Source: Phaeosaccion multiseriatum
Taxonomy: Eukaryota; Protista; Ochrophyta, other classes
Reading direction: 5' to 3'
Length of the DNA stretch: 64,000 bases
Assembly: GCA_965112735.1 (NCBI GenBank)
Contig: OZ218958.1
Location: forward strand, 2,728,001-2,792,000
Notes under the pieces: generated by a model
Databases searched by the model: none
What the model was told of the DNA's origin: nothing
Seen by the model: only the letters and a program-made list of their open reading frames with translations
Program-made: the position numbers and the translations under genes
In this document: piece by piece, positions 47,401 to 61,300 of the stretch
Numbering within the stretch: position 1 is the stretch's first letter
How the letters are laid out: every line of letters begins with the position of its first letter

Positions 47401-49768
47401 GGAGTGCGGTGGGATGGGGAGAGAGGTGCAGGAGTGACTACTCGTACAGTGTGACGAGCACGGGCACGGGAGGAGCAGGAAGCCGCTCTGTCTCCACACG
47501 TGTTCGTGGTACGGCAGTTGGTGATACGGCAGATGGTGATACGGCAGTTGGTGATACAGGAGCAGGAGGAGGAGAAGGAGAAGGAGGAGGAGGAGGAGGA
47601 GGAGGAGGGGCGTCGACGTGCTCTATGTCAGGACCACCGGGGTGGACAGTGGTGGGTGGGGCTCTCTCGGGAGGGGCGGGGGGAGGGCGTGATTCGGGAT
47701 GGCTCAGTCGGGGTGGGTCCGGGGCTATGTCCGAGGGGGCGCCATCTGTGGCATGTGGTGTATCACCTCATGGTGTACCGTACCAAAGGTCCGGCTCGAT
47801 GAGTAGCGGCAGCGGCATTAGTAGCCATATGGGCAGAAGCAGCAGGAGGAGGGGGAGGAGGGGGGGTGGCACAGGGAGCAGCAGCAGTAGAAGTAGCAGC
47901 AGAAGCAGCGGCAGAAGCAGAAGCAGAAGCAGCAGTCGAAGTAGAAGCACGAGCAGAGGCAGAGGAAGAGGAAGATACAGCGGAGGAGTCGGTCCGGGAG
48001 AGGGGAGCGTGGAAGCAGGCTTTGAGCACTTCCAACAGCAGCACAAGCAACAGCAGCAGCAGTGCTTTGATGATGAACGAGGTTTTGGGCAACGATCCCT
48101 CCAACCCTCCCCCTTCTCTCCGCAGGCAGGGGCGGGGACTTGGGCAGCAGCTGATTGGCGAGAGCGAGGGGAGGGAGGAGGAAGAGGAGAAGATGGGCCT
48201 CAGTTTCACCGGGTAGAATCCAGCCAAGTCCACTCACAAATGGGTGGAGGAGAGGCTCATCCGTCGCTGACGAGGCGAACGTCCCTCACTGCGGATGTGG
48301 AGAACGTAGCACAGGACGAAGAAGGCGAGATTCGATTGCTACTGTGGACCGTCTACAACGCACCGGAGCAGCGCAGTGCGAGGATGGCAGGCTTTGCTCA
48401 CACAGGGACAGCAACGGTTGCAGGGATTTCGGGCGTGACTTCGCCGCGAAGGGTAGCAGCAGCAGCAGGAGGAGGAGGAGGAGGAGGGGCAGGGGCGACA
48501 GGGGGTGGTGGTACAGCAGTTAGTGGTACAGTTGTCGCCAAAGAAGCGGTTCTGACCAAGGAGGAGCTCGAGGCGCAGGTGGAGAGGTTTACGGAGGAAC
48601 GTGCGCTCTTTCAGCGTAAGATGGAGCGGCTCAGGCTTCAGAGGTGAGGGGTGGGAGGGAGCGGAAGGGGGAAGGAGGGGAGGATGAAGAGAGGGAGGGA
48701 GGGAGAGAGAGAGATACGGGAAGAAGTGCTGCGGTAGGTATCCACAGCGTCGAGTGTGTGTATGTATATGCATGTATGTATGTAATGTATGTATGTATGT
48801 ATGTATGTATGTATGTATGTATGTATGTATGTATGTATGTATAGTCTGGTAGCTGGCTGACTCACTCATCCACCCACCCACCTCCCCACCCACTCCCTCC
48901 CCCCCTCCCTCCACCCCCCCGCCAATCCCCCACAGGGAGCATGAAGAGTCGCTCTCACTAACCTTCTCTCCAGTGCTGAACCACACCTCTACTCAACTCG
49001 TGAGCCGTCGTCCTACCCGCCAGCACGACACCGTACTGAAACGTCTCAACAAACTGTTTCATGAGAAGGAGCAGCGCCAGGAGAAGGCGGGTAGAGATGC
49101 AGCAGAATCCGCCAAGCAGGTTAGTTAGTGGTATATCACCTGGCTGCCATGTCGCCACTTGTTGTTGTGGTTTGGGTTCAGTTGGCCCGTTGGTGTTGGT
49201 TGTCTGTCTGGTCAGCTTGGTTTCAGATGCCTTTGAGGCGGTCAGTTGGTGGTTTGGGTCAGTTGGGCAGTCGGTGGTACTGGGTCAGGTGGTGAGGAGG
49301 TGGTTCGGTCGGCCATACGATTAACCCCACCCTCCCCTCCCCCCATACGCCTCCAACTCGTCCTGACACCCAACCCAACCCACCCCAGGGTAAGACCGAC
49401 TTGCTCCCTCATGAGGAGAAGGAATTCCGCCTCTGCACCTTTACACCGTGCCTGCAACAATCCAAAGAGAGCGCGAGGATGGCAACCGATCAACCCCCGC
49501 CCCTGGAGACGCCCCAGAGGAAGGGCAGCAGGGAAGCCTACTTGAAGAGAGCGGAGCAGGGGAGGAGCATCAAGCTTAAGCAGCTTAGGCTCAAGTTCGA
49601 GCTCGACTTACGGGGAGGTGAGTGGTCGTGTGTGCGTGTGTGCGTGTGCGTGTGGGTGTGGGTGTTGGTGTGGGCGGGCGTGGTGTGTGGGTATATGTGA
49701 AGAGGAGGAGGAGTAGGTGGACGCTGATGATGATGGTGATGATGATGAAATGATGATGATGATGCTGA

Positions 49769-49802
<34 letters not shown>

Positions 49803-50891
49803 GGTGATGGTGACGATACTAAAACGCATTGGAACGCCGGCACGTACAGGCGGCCTCGACACCTCCCCGTACGCCCACAAAATGTCACTCACAACCCCCT
49901 CCCCCCCCTTCCCACCTCGAACTCTCATCTTACTCCCTCTATCCTCACCTCATATCGCATAACATTATATAACATTATATAAGCAGACAACCCTTCCCCC
50001 GCAGTGGAGGAGCTCTTCACCGCAGAAGGGGAGGAGGTGCCGAGCGTAACCGTCGCCCCTCCCGTGTCGGTCTGTCGGCCTGAGCACATGAAACCGCCAA
50101 CTCTCCTCGTGGAGGAGCGATTGGCCGCGAGAAGGCAGTGGACGCAGCAGCGGGTGGATCAGGAGTCGAGGGTAGAGGATAGTCGCCAGTTGAGGATGGA
50201 GAGGAAGAAGAAGGCACTCTACGCCATGTGCCAAAGAGCGCGGGCCCGCAGCCGCTTGGAGGAGGTGATTAAGTCTAAAGGGGGGGAGCTGCCGATGCTC
50301 GTGGTGGAGATTGAGGTCAAAACAACGACGACGACGACGACGACGACGAAGACGTTACCGTCTCCTTCTGCTCCTCCACCTCCTCTTCCTCCTCCTCCTT
50401 CTTCTCCTCCTCCTCCTTGCCCTTCTCCTTCTTCTCCTTCGGGCGCTGCTGCTTCTGCTTCTGTGGTTGTTGGTCCTACGAAGGACTTGCCGGGTGGTGT
50501 AAAGGGTGGTGGTGAGGACGTATCAGGAGGGAACAGCAATAGCAGCAGTAGTAGTAGCAAAGGCGGCGGCGGTGATGACGGACTAGCCAAGAGCGGTACA
50601 TTCAGTTATACGGGCAAAAGCAGCACGGGTGCTGCTGCAGCATGTGGTGGTACGAGGTGGAAGCTCCTTCCTCTGTGGGAAGGGTCAGATGTCGCCAGCG
50701 TGACTCGCACGTTGGCCGAGCGACAAGGGTTGCCCGCCGATGTGCTTACGAGTTTGACTGCGATGCTGGAGCAGGAGCTCGAGAGCGCGACCAAGAGAGA
50801 GCATGCGAGGCTGAAGAGTCTCGCGGACAAGGGTCGAGTGAAGAAGGAGCGGACGGACGCCCAGCGCCTTGTCCTGAGGCTTCAAACATGA
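39431..50891 (+). CDS. Very large hypothetical low-complexity protein with a possible EF-hand-like segment and xTFxPxl motifs; spliced
   Basis: Exon 39431-39753 splices in frame to 39884 and the 2159-aa ORF. Later exons ~46708-48642, ~48936-49119, ~49390-49616 and ~50004-50891. Motifs LYERLYND, PLFQPQISRRS, CFKTVDRHGLGFVQLSGL, CTFTPCL. Confidence 0.65.
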
Positions 50892-51466
50892 TCGAAGCGA
50901 GGGCAGGGGAGGGACCGGGGGAGAGAGGGAGAGCTAACGTACAGACACACGCGCACGCCCCCACGTGTCCGCCCTCGCCTTTCTGCTGCCTCTGCCATCT
51001 GCACTCAGTCAGGACGAGGGAGGGAGAGGGAGGGAGAGGGAGGGAGATGGGCCTTGGTGTGAGATACGAGGGCCTTGCTGTTGCCACGCGGAGTATGGTA
51101 CATACATGGTGTGCAGTGGGGGCGCGATGCCCTCCATAGAGAGAGGCCTTCCTTTTCTCTGTACATAGAAGGAGATCGTGTATTGTAGTACTGTAGTGTA
51201 GTGGAGTAGTCGTAATAGTGGTAATGGTCGGAGTGTGGCTTCTTGGCACTGGTAATGTACTTCGCTTCCTTGGCAGTGAGTACTTCCTACTACTGTTGAA
51301 GAAGAAGAATGAGTCAATTTTTTTGTACGTTTGTTTCTCCGCCGCACCTTCGCTCTGCCTTCGAGAGAGGCGCCCCCCTGCTGGGCCTTCGGTCGTGACC
51401 ATCCTCCAAAGCTTTTCTGCTTCAATTAAATCTTATCACCTGCGGCCGTGTGCGCTGGAGGTTCAG

Positions 51467-52303
51467 TCCTCCTCCTCCTCCTCCTCCTCCTCCTCCTCCT
51501 CCTCCTCCTCCTCCTCCTCCTCCTCCTCCTCCTCCTCCTCCTCCTCCTCCTCCTCCTCCTCCTCCTCCTCCTCCTCCTCCTCCTCCTCCTCCTCCTCCTC
51601 CTCCTCCTCCTCCTCCTCCTCCTCCTCCTCCTCCTCCTCCTCCTCCTCCTCCTCCTCCTCCTCCTCCTCCTCCTCCTCCTCCTCCTCCTCCTCCTCCTCC
51701 TCCTCCTCCTCCTCCTCCTCCTCCTCCTCCTCCTCCTCCTCCTCCTCCTCCTCCTCCTCCTCCTCCTCCTCCTCCTCCTCCTCCTCCTCCTCCTCCTCCT
51801 CCTCCTCCTCCTCCTCCTCCTCCTCCTCCTCCTCCTCCTCCTCCTCCTCCTCCTCCTCCTCCTCCTCCTCCTCCTCCTCTCCTCCTCCTCCTCCTCCTCC
51901 TCCTCCTCCTCCTCCTCCTCCTCCTCCTCCTCCTCCTCCTCCTCCTCCTCCTCCTCCTCCTCCTCCTCCTCCTCCTCCTCCTCCTCCTCCTCCTCCTCCT
52001 CCTCCTCCTCCTCCTCCTCCTCCTCCTCCTCCTCCTCCTCCTCCTCCTCCTCCTCCTCCTCCTCCTCCTCCTCCTCCTCCTCCTCCTCCTCCTCCTCCTC
52101 CTCCTCCTCCTCCTCCTCCTCCTCCTCCTCCTCCTCCTCCTCCTCCTCCTCCTCCTCCTCCTCCTCCTCCTCCTCCTCCTCCTCCTCCTCCTCCTCCTCC
52201 TCCTCCTCCTCCTCCTCCTCCTCCTCCTCCTCCTCCTCCTCCTCCTCCTCCTCCTCCTCCTCCTCCTCCTCCTCCTCCTCTTCCTCCTCCTCCTCCTCCT
52301 CCT
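51467..52303. repeat. (CCT)n/(AGG)n triplet tract, ~835 bp, one 1-bp phase shift near 51880
   Basis: Directly visible. Confidence 0.95.
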
Positions 52304-52315
52304 TTTCGCCGCCTC

Positions 52316-52498
52316 ACCCCCCGGCGCGCAGTTTGGCAGTACCGATGCCCATCCCCTCCGCGAGTGCCCTGAGGGCAGGGCCGTCGGCGTCTGTGAGTGA
52401 TAGAGCGATCCCAAATGACTTCTCCACACCGCCCCTCCCAGCGACGCTGCTGCGTTAATGAGAGCACGACAGGTGGACAGGCAGGTAGACAGGCAGGT

Positions 52499-52545
<47 letters not shown>

Positions 52546-53380
52546 CGGGCAGGCAGGCAGGCAGGAAGGCAGGCAGGCAGGCAGGCAGACAGGCAGGCAG
52601 GCAGGCAGCACATGGAGACGGACGGAGACACATGGGGTATGGCGGGACAAAGGGGGGGCAGGGGCTGCGAGTGAGGAGGGGCGCAGGCAAAAGGGGAAAC
52701 TGAATCGAAAACTAGAAGAGGAAGGAGAGAAGTGGGTGTCGATGTCGATATCGATGTTGACAGTCCATTTATCCTCCTGAAACTGTAAACTGGCTCATCG
52801 TGACCCGGCCCCGCCCCCCCAGCCTCCCACGCACAGGACCGGACAGACTGCTGCACAGACTGCTGCCCTTCTCCACCCAGCCACCTTGCCCACCCCCACC
52901 TCCCTCTCACACGAGCGCACCTGACGTCCCATCGATGATCCGAGCAGCGTGATCCACGGCGTCCGAAGCCGCAGAGGGCTCGAGCTGCTGCAGTAGGGAC
53001 AACAGGTGCTCACCGACCTGCACGCACGCACACACGCACACACGCACGCACGCACGCACGCACACTTCATAATATGGTATGACTGTGTTAGCGTAGGTTT
53101 GTGTGGTGTAGAAAGCGGCGATGGCGAGGGCGACAGAGCGCACAGCTATAGACCATTCTATACCCGTACACCTCCATCCATACTGCTGCCGCTTGGGGGG
53201 GGTATCCATTTCAGCGCAAAGGAAGAAGGGGAAGCAAAGCAAAACAGGCCCCATTCTCTCTCCAATCTCAGCTCCTCCACCAAACGAAAGCCCCTCCCTC
53301 CCCCTCTGCCTCCTCCTTCTTACCTGGGTCATGTGCTCTTGTTGAGGCAACCCTACCATAGTCTTGATAGGCAGCCAGGC
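52316..53380 (-). CDS. Possible small spliced hypothetical gene
   Basis: Candidate exons with GT/AG borders: MVGLPQQEHMTQ; RQQYGWRCTGIEWSIAVRSVALAIAAFYTTQTYANTVIPYYE; VGEHLLSLLQQLEPSAASDAVDHAARIIDGTS. No recognisable domain. Confidence 0.3.
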
Positions 53381-53713
53381 CTCCCCTTCCCTTTGCCCCC
53401 TACACGGTCTCATCACTCCCCTTTGCCCCCCTACACGGGCTCGTCACTCCCCTCCCCCCCCCCCTACACGAACCGATAAGGCCAACCACCCGCCCACTGT
53501 CCTGAATTAGACCGAAATAGACCTCCTCGATACCACTTGTCGATGTCCTGCCCATGCACGTACATTCTTCGCAGCGGCCGCGACTCTCCGTGCCCCCGTC
53601 TCCTCCTCACTCCTGTCCCCTGTTTCCTAGCTATGCCTTTCCTCTCCTTGCTTCGGAGCTACGGGCTGAACCTGCTCGGTATCCCCCTCACCCCCCTGGC
53701 CATAACACCATCA

Positions 53714-55109
53714 TCGGCTCCAGACTGGCCTAGAAGCCTATGCTCTAGGCCCTAGGCCGAGCGGCCTACGCCCGCTCTAGGCCTAGGCCGGCGGCCGTTG
53801 GCCGCTCTAGGCCGGCCATTTTTTCTCCCTAGGCCGGCGGTTCTAGGCCTAGGCCTCGACCTATCTGATTAGTAATTACCGCCGGCGCAGCCGGCCTGAT
53901 TACTGATTATGACCGGCGCCAGCCGGCCTGAGTACTGATTATGCGCCAGCCGGGGGCTGATTACTGATTACGGCCGGCGCACACCGGAATCTTGTCCAGG
54001 GTCGAAGGGAGGGAGGGAGGGAGGGAGGGAGGGAGGGAGGGAGGGAGGGAGGGAGGGAGGGAGGGAGGGAGGGAGGGAGGGAGGGAGGGAGGGAGGGAGG
54101 GAGGGAGGGAGGGAGGGAGGGAGGGAGGGAGGGAGGGAGGGAGGGAGGGAGGGAGGGAGGGAGGGAGGGAGGGAGGGAGGGAGGGAGGGAGGGAGGGAGG
54201 GAGGGAGGGAGGGAGGGAGGGAGGGAGGGAGGGAGGGAGGGAGGGAGGGAGGGAGGGAGGGAGGGAGGGAGGGAGGGAGGGAGGGAGGGAGGGAGGGAGG
54301 GAGGGAGGGAGGGAGGGAGGGAGGGAGGGAGGGAGGGAGGGAGGGAGGGAGGGAGGGAGGGAGGGAGGGAGGGAGGGAGGGAGGGAGGGAGGGAGGGAGG
54401 GAGGGAGGGAGGGAGGGAGGGAGGGAGGGAGGGAGGGAGGGAGGGAGGGAGGGAGGGAGGGAGGGAGGGAGGGAGGGAGGGAGGGAGGGAGGGAGGGAGG
54501 GAGGGAGGGAGGGAGGGAGGGAGGGAGGGAGGGAGGGAGGGAGGGAGGGAGGGAGGGAGGGAGGGAGGGAGGGAGGGAGGGAGGGAGGGAGGGAGGGAGG
54601 GAGGGAGAGAGGGAGGGAGGGAGGGAGGGAGGGAGGGAGGGAGGGAGGGAGGGAGGGAGGGAGGGAGGGAGGGAGGGAGGGAGGGAGGGAGGGAGGGAGG
54701 GAGGGAGGGAGGGAGGGAGGGAGGGAGGGAGGGAGGGAGGAGGGAGGGAGGGAAGGAGGGAGTGAGGGAGGGAGGGAAGGAGGGAGGGAGGGAGGGAGGG
54801 AGGGAGGGAGGGAGGGAGGGAGCAGCCGGCCTGATTACTGATTATGACCGGCGCCAGCCGGTCTGGTTGCTTACAGCCGGTGACCAGCCGGCCTGATTAC
54901 TGATTTTGCGCCGGCCGGGGGCTGATTACCGGTTACGGCCCGCGCACACCGTAATCTTGTCCAGGTCCTAGGCCGGGAGGGCTGCGCCCAAAATAGGCCT
55001 AGGCCGGGGACCTGCGGCCCCCTCTAGGCCTAGGCCGGGGGCCTGCGGCCCCCCTAGGCCGGCCGAATTTCGTCTCTAGGCCTAGGCTTCTAGGCCAGTC
55101 TGGAGCCGA
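53714..55109. mobile_element. Non-autonomous DNA transposon: 27-bp perfect TIRs, 7-bp TSD ACCATCA
   Basis: accatca|tcggctccagactggcctagaagccta ... taggcttctaggccagtctggagccga|accatca. Subterminal CCTAGG/GGCC palindromes. Internal direct repeats (~53887-54000 and ~54822-54965) flank a (GGGA)n tract. No ORF. Confidence 0.9.
54006..54821. repeat. (GGGA)n tetranucleotide tract, ~815 bp
   Basis: Directly visible. Confidence 0.95.
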
Positions 55110-55236
55110 ACCATCAGGTCCATGGAAATTCAGCCCCGTCCCCCGCCCCGACACACTCACACACAAACACTCACTACCGAGCAAGGTCGCTCGCTCTACA
55201 ACACACACATACCCCACACACGCACACTCACACACA

Positions 55237-55273
<37 letters not shown>

Positions 55274-55350
55274 TATCCACACACACACACACACACCTAA
55301 TATTATGACGGTCACCAATTTTCTGTAACGTTTTTTTTCCTTCCTTTTAG

Positions 55351-58300
55351 CCTCATCATTATCTCCTGCTCTTTTCGCAGCCTACCTCCCCGAGAGGGGA
55401 CTGCTAGTGGTGTGGCTCTTGGGCGGAGCTCCCATGGGAAATGTAAATGCGCAAATTGGTGTCGGCAGACACCAAGTGTGTGCGACGCAGTATGGGATGC
55501 TCAAGTGTTGGGGTCGGTAAGAGACATGAGGAGAAACGCTCCCCGTTCCCCTTGACCTCTTCTCCCTCGCGGCTGGATGCTTCGCCTGTCCTCTCCGGAT
55601 GCTTTATCTTGGTTCTCAACTCCTCTCTCTTTCTTCTCTCTCCTGCTTTCTTCAGGTACGATTATGGGGCTCTTGGGTATGGGTCTGATCCTCTGGCCAA
55701 CATCGGAGACTCAGCAGGCGAGATGGGCAACAACTTGGCTGTCACTGACATCGGCACGGGGCGAACTGCAACAGCATTGAGCGGCGCAGATGATAGCATG
55801 TGTGCTCTGCGGGACGACTCCACCGTGGTATGCTGGGGATCAAATGTCTACGGGCAGCTTGGTTACGTGAGTAGGCCATAAGGCTGAGGCTGGGCTGCAT
55901 ATTTCCCGCCTTGCTTGCCACACACACACCAAGATCAGCCCATATCTAACGCCCTCTCTTGCTTTCTAGTCGCGTGAGTCGCCGCCTCACTCCGTATTCT
56001 TGCTGCTATTGACCAGGACGACACCACCGACCGGGGCCTGGCCGCGAGCGACATGGGCGACAACTTGGCCGCGGTGAATCTCGGGGCGACGGCAACGGAT
56101 GTGTGCGGCGGATACGGGTCCATGTGCGCCTTGCTGAGTACAGGGGATGCGAAATGGTGAGATGGGTGGTACTGGGGTCAGCCATGCCTTCGAGCGTCGC
56201 CCAGTCACTCCCTCACTCTGTGCGTGGCTTGCCTCAGCAATGCGCATTCGCCTCGTCCCCTCTCTCACGCACGCGTCTTTCTCCTCTCCTCGCCTCGCCT
56301 TAACACTTGCAACTCTTCCTTGGCATTTCCTTTCCCTCCCCTCTTCACAGTTGGGGAGTAAATGGGAACGCACAGGTAGGGAGACAATCAGGGCTTGGTG
56401 ATAGGGTCGGGGCCTTTCTCGTCCTTGGTATGGAGCACGTCCGCGCTTGTGAGGGCGCCGTGACTGGAGTGCGAGTGTTTGTTCTCCTTGCCCTGCTCGC
56501 TCAGGCCGCCCCCCCCCCCAGGCCAACCGAAAGCCATTTTGATTCGGTATCCCCCTCCCTGCCCTCAACTCAACATTTTGTGCCTTCCCTCCTGCCTCCC
56601 AATGTATCCTTTGACGCGGCCTTAGCTGGGAATAGGGAGCTATACTAACACGGGAGGTAACTCTGGGGATATGGCGGCTTTGGTAAGTGGGGGACAGGCA
56701 GGCGGCATGCAGGACACAAGACTCGTCACGTGCACAGCCCCTGCAGACCCCCCTTTGCTTTTCTTCCGCTGGTGCTGCGTGCTAAGTAGTCTTGTTCATG
56801 CTGTTGACGGCTGGACACCCGGTGCTTCACCCCTCCTTCTCTCCCTCCCCTCCTCTCTCCCCCCCTCTGTCTTCCCCCTTCCCCCTCCCCTCCTCTCTCT
56901 CCCTGCAGGGTGCCATCAACTTGGGAACGGGTGTGACAGCGACTGCCATCTCGTGTGGATACGCTCATAACTGCGCGGTGAGAGACGGGCGGGGGGCACA
57001 GTCTGCCAACCCTTCCAAGACGAGAGAAAGAAGAAGAGTTTAGTTTGACGTTTGTTGTTTCTGTTCTCTATCGTGCCCCGCTTCTCTGGTCCCTCTCTCC
57101 GGGTTGGCTCAATAGATCACCAACACGGGGACTTTGAAATGCTGGGGATCGAACAGCGAACAACAATCTGGCCAAGCGACGGGGAGTTTTGTGGGCAACG
57201 AGGCGGATGAAATGGGGGATGGCTTGCCGGAGTTAAATCTGGGCGGGGGCAGCTACACGGCCCTAGCGGTGGCCGCGGGAGGGCTTCACACTTGCGCGGT
57301 AAGCAAGTGGCTGATTCCATGCTACGCGCGCCCCGCCCCATGCGTGCAACGTTAACTTGGATCGAACAACCACATCCCTTTTTCAATGCTTTCTTTACTC
57401 CCCACTCTCTGCTGCTTAGATTATCATCTCATCATCATCACCTGACCCTGTCCTTTGTTTCCCTTGTCCTTTTTCTTTGTTTCTCCCTTGTGCTTGGTAT
57501 CCATTCCCTCCAACGACCAAAGATTCGGAACACCAATGACGTGGTTTGCTGGGGTAGCAACAATTATGGTGAGAGAAGCGAGGGAATGGGAGTTAAGCGG
57601 AGGACAACGGGAGAGAGTCCAACCAGGCTGCTCGTGACTGATAGGCTGCCTGGCTGCTGGCCTTACGTAGAGAGAGAGAGCGAGCGAGAGAGAGAGAGAG
57701 AGAGAGAAGACAAAGAGAGCTGCATCGCGGTCCTTCTATTCAGTCCTCTACCTTCACATTGTACCACCTTTGGCCGATGGCACCTCAATCTCCGTGTTCT
57801 CTGTCCCTCCCCCTACTGGTGTGCCATCCCCTCTCCTCCCTCTCTATCTATCGATCAGAACTGCACTTTTTTTGCTCACATTGACTGCGCTGCGCGTTTC
57901 TTGCTGCTCCGCTCCGATCCCTTGTGCGCTGCCTTGCGTTACTGTATACCACTGCTGCTGCTTCGTTGTGCCTCACCCAGGCCAGCTCGGGATAGGTAGC
58001 ACGCAAGACATCGATTCGGACGCCGAGTTTGCCTCAATGGTACGGAAGCGCTATGTAAGCGCTATGTAAGCGCAGACAGAAACGTGTAGCGAAGAAGGAG
58101 GTGATGAGAGTGGAAGCCTTCGGTGAGGGCTTGCCTTGCCGGCTGAGACGGGCGACTCTGTGTTCATCCTGCCCCAGACACTGGCTGGTGTTGCATCGGA
58201 ATGCCCTTCGTGACGTCGTGGGCGGCTTCCTCACGTTTGCGTTGAGTGCCATCTCCACCCCTTACACCCCCTCCCCTGCTTGTGCCTCTCCGTCATGTAC

Positions 58301-61300
58301 CCACGAATGTGCCGTGACGTCATAGACGGCTGTTGACTTGGGCACGGGTAGAACCGCAACGGCCATCGCGACGAGTTACGATTCATCCTGCGCGTTGCTT
58401 GATACAGGTGAGCGGTGGAGAGCAGAGGCACACCCTACACCCGCTTGGCTGCTACAAGGCCGCTACGTATGGGGGTGGTTGCTTTGCCCTTCTTCTGTCC
58501 TGGCATATGAGAGTGGCCACCTTGCTAGCTTGCGGTCTTGCGGTCGGTCAATTGGCTGGGCTGAGCGACTCTTTCTGAAACTGTTGTGCTCCTCTATTAT
58601 TTGTACTGTCCGTACAGGAGACGTCAAGTGCTGGGGCAAGGCACTATATGGAGGTCAGTGAGGTGGCTAACACCGCTTTATCGTGCCTGGTCGTGCCTTG
58701 TCGTGCTTCGCCTTGTGCTTTGTCGTACTTCGTCGTGCTAGTCGGTCGGTGCGGCTTGACACTGTGCCTGGCCCTCAGAGCGACCCCCCTTCCTTTTCCT
58801 CCCTTTTCCTCTCTTGCTATCCCCTCTACCTGTCTCTCTGTCTGTCTCTCTCTCTCTCTCTGCGTGTGTGTGTGTGTGACTCTCTCCTTTGTGCTCTTTG
58901 AGTGTGCTAATCCGGCTGTTGCCCTCCTCCGTTTGGTGCTACTCACCCTCTCTTCTGCTCCTTCGTCTTGCTCCCGTCGCGATCCATCGTCCTGGCGTAC
59001 TCAGAGACCGCACAAGGCAACAGCAATGATCTGGGGGATAATTCCGAAGAGCTGGGGAACAGCCTGGATGCGATCGACTTCGGCGTTGGGCGAACTGCTC
59101 TGTCCATCGCCTCTTCCTACGCCAACTTTTGTGTCGTCTTGGACAATGATGACACGGTGTGCTGGGGTGACAATTCATAGTAAGTGATATCATATCGTGT
59201 ACTTGCGTGGCGAGGGCACGGGATGCAGCCAGGGCGGGCGCGCCCCTCTCGCTTACGAAGGGCTGCACTTTTGACCTGCCGGGAGAGGGCGCTTCCTCAC
59301 TAACGCACTCACTCCCCAGCTCGCTCACTCACTGACTCACTCACTCACTCACTCACTGACTCACTCACTCACTCACTCACTCACTCACTCACTCACTCAC
59401 TCACTCACTCACTCACTCACTCACTCACTCACTCACTCACTCACCCACTCACTCACTCACTCACTCACTCACTCACTCACTCACTCACCCACTCACTCAC
59501 TCACTCACTCACTCACTCACTCACTCACCCACCCACTCACCCACTCACTCACTGCTAACCCACCCACTCACTCACTCACTCCCCTCTCTTCCCACCAAAT
59601 CGCTTCTCTCTCGCATCACTCATCACCCCAGTGGACAGGTGGGCATCGAAAGCTCCACAAATCCGATTGGCACAGCTTCCTCACACTTCCCTCTCGTAGC
59701 TGTCGACTTGGGCGACGCTCCTACGCCAGCCCCCACCCTGGCTCCGACCCAGGTGGGTGTGTGGCCTCTGGAAGTGAATACCTAGCTAGACAATCACGGA
59801 GAGGCAGTGATGATATGCCGATAACAAGAGGCCATTCTTGGAGTGTACTACTACTCGTTCGAAGCAAGCACAGCCATGGATCGTTTCTTCTTGCTTCCTC
59901 CTCTGTCTCCACGGGAAACACACTCACGAATTTTTTACTCACTGCCCTTCGCTCTCGCACTTGCTGTCTCTCTCTTCCTCTCTCGGCCGGTTGCTTTCTC
60001 TCTCTCCTCCTGCCTCTCTCTCCCTCCCCTCTCACTCTCTAACAAAAGGCCCCAACAGCAGCCCCAACAGCAGCCCCAACAGCAGCTCCAACAGCGGCTC
60101 CAACAGCAGCCCCAACAGCAGCTCCAACAGCAGCCCCAACAGCAGCTCCAACAGCAGCCCCAACAGCAGCTCCAACAGCTGCCCCAACAGCAGCTCCAAC
60201 AGCCGCTCCAACAGCAGCTCCAACAGCAGCTCCGACAGCAACGCCAACAGCAGCACCAACAGCCGCCCCAACAGCAGCCCCAACAGCAGCTCCAACAGCA
60301 GCCCCAACAGCAGCTCCAACAGCAGCTCCGACAGCGGCCCCAACAGCAGCCCCAACAGCTGCTCCAACCGCTGCCCCAACAGCAGCTCCAACAGCAGCTC
60401 CGACAGTAGCTCCAACAGCAGCTCCAACAGCAGCCCCAACAGCAGCACCAACAGCAGCCCCAACAGCGGCCCCAACAGCAGCTCCAACAGCCACTCCAAC
60501 GGCAGCTCCAACAGCAGCTCCAACAGCCGCTCCAACAGCAGCTCCAACAGCAGCTCCGACAGCAACGCCAACGGCCGCTCCGACGACGGGTGCGTGGGCG
60601 CGTGCGTGTGTGTAGTTGTTTATCTGTGTGCGTTTGTGTTTATGCGCACGTCTGTGTGTAGTTGTGTGTGTGCGTGCGTGCGTCACCACTTCCTGTGAGC
60701 CTGCCTTGCCGGCCACGAGCCCTCCAGTACCGCCGGCCCGTCGCACAGCACACGCCTGTGTTTGACATCCCCTCCCGTGCGCCAACCCTCTCGGTACCTT
60801 CTCCTCTCCCGTCCCGTCCTATCCTCTCATGCGCTCCCTTGTCCTGCCTTCTTACTCTCCTCCTCCTCTTTCTCCTCCTCTTTCTCCTCCTCCTCCTCCT
60901 CCTCCTCCTCCTCCTCCTCCTCCTCCTCCTCCTCCTCCTCCTCCTCCTCCTCCTCCTCCTCCTCCTCCTCCTCCTCCTCCTCCTCCTCCTCCTCTTTCTC
61001 CTCCTCCTCCTCCTCCTCCTCCTCCTCCTCCTCCTTCTCGCACTCCCCCCCTCCGCATCCCGACGACGCCTCGTTCACACTGTCCCACCCTGCCGAAACT
61101 AACCAACTCTCTCACGCACGTACACACGAATGCACACACACGCACGCACACACACGCACACACGCACACACACACGCACACACACTCAGTCGCGTTGGCA
61201 CCTTACGACATAACGCTGTCGTTTGTGCTTGAGGGAGAGAACTCGACCTCGCTGCCCCCCTTGGAACGGACCGCCTTCGGGTTTGTCGTCTATCGTTTGA

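Noticed and set aside
51218-52690. Long poly-S/P/L/R/G/E ORFs
   Set aside because: Artefacts of the stop-free (CCT)n tract.
53992-54765. (GREG)n ORF
   Set aside because: Translation of the (GGGA)n microsatellite inside a non-coding transposon.
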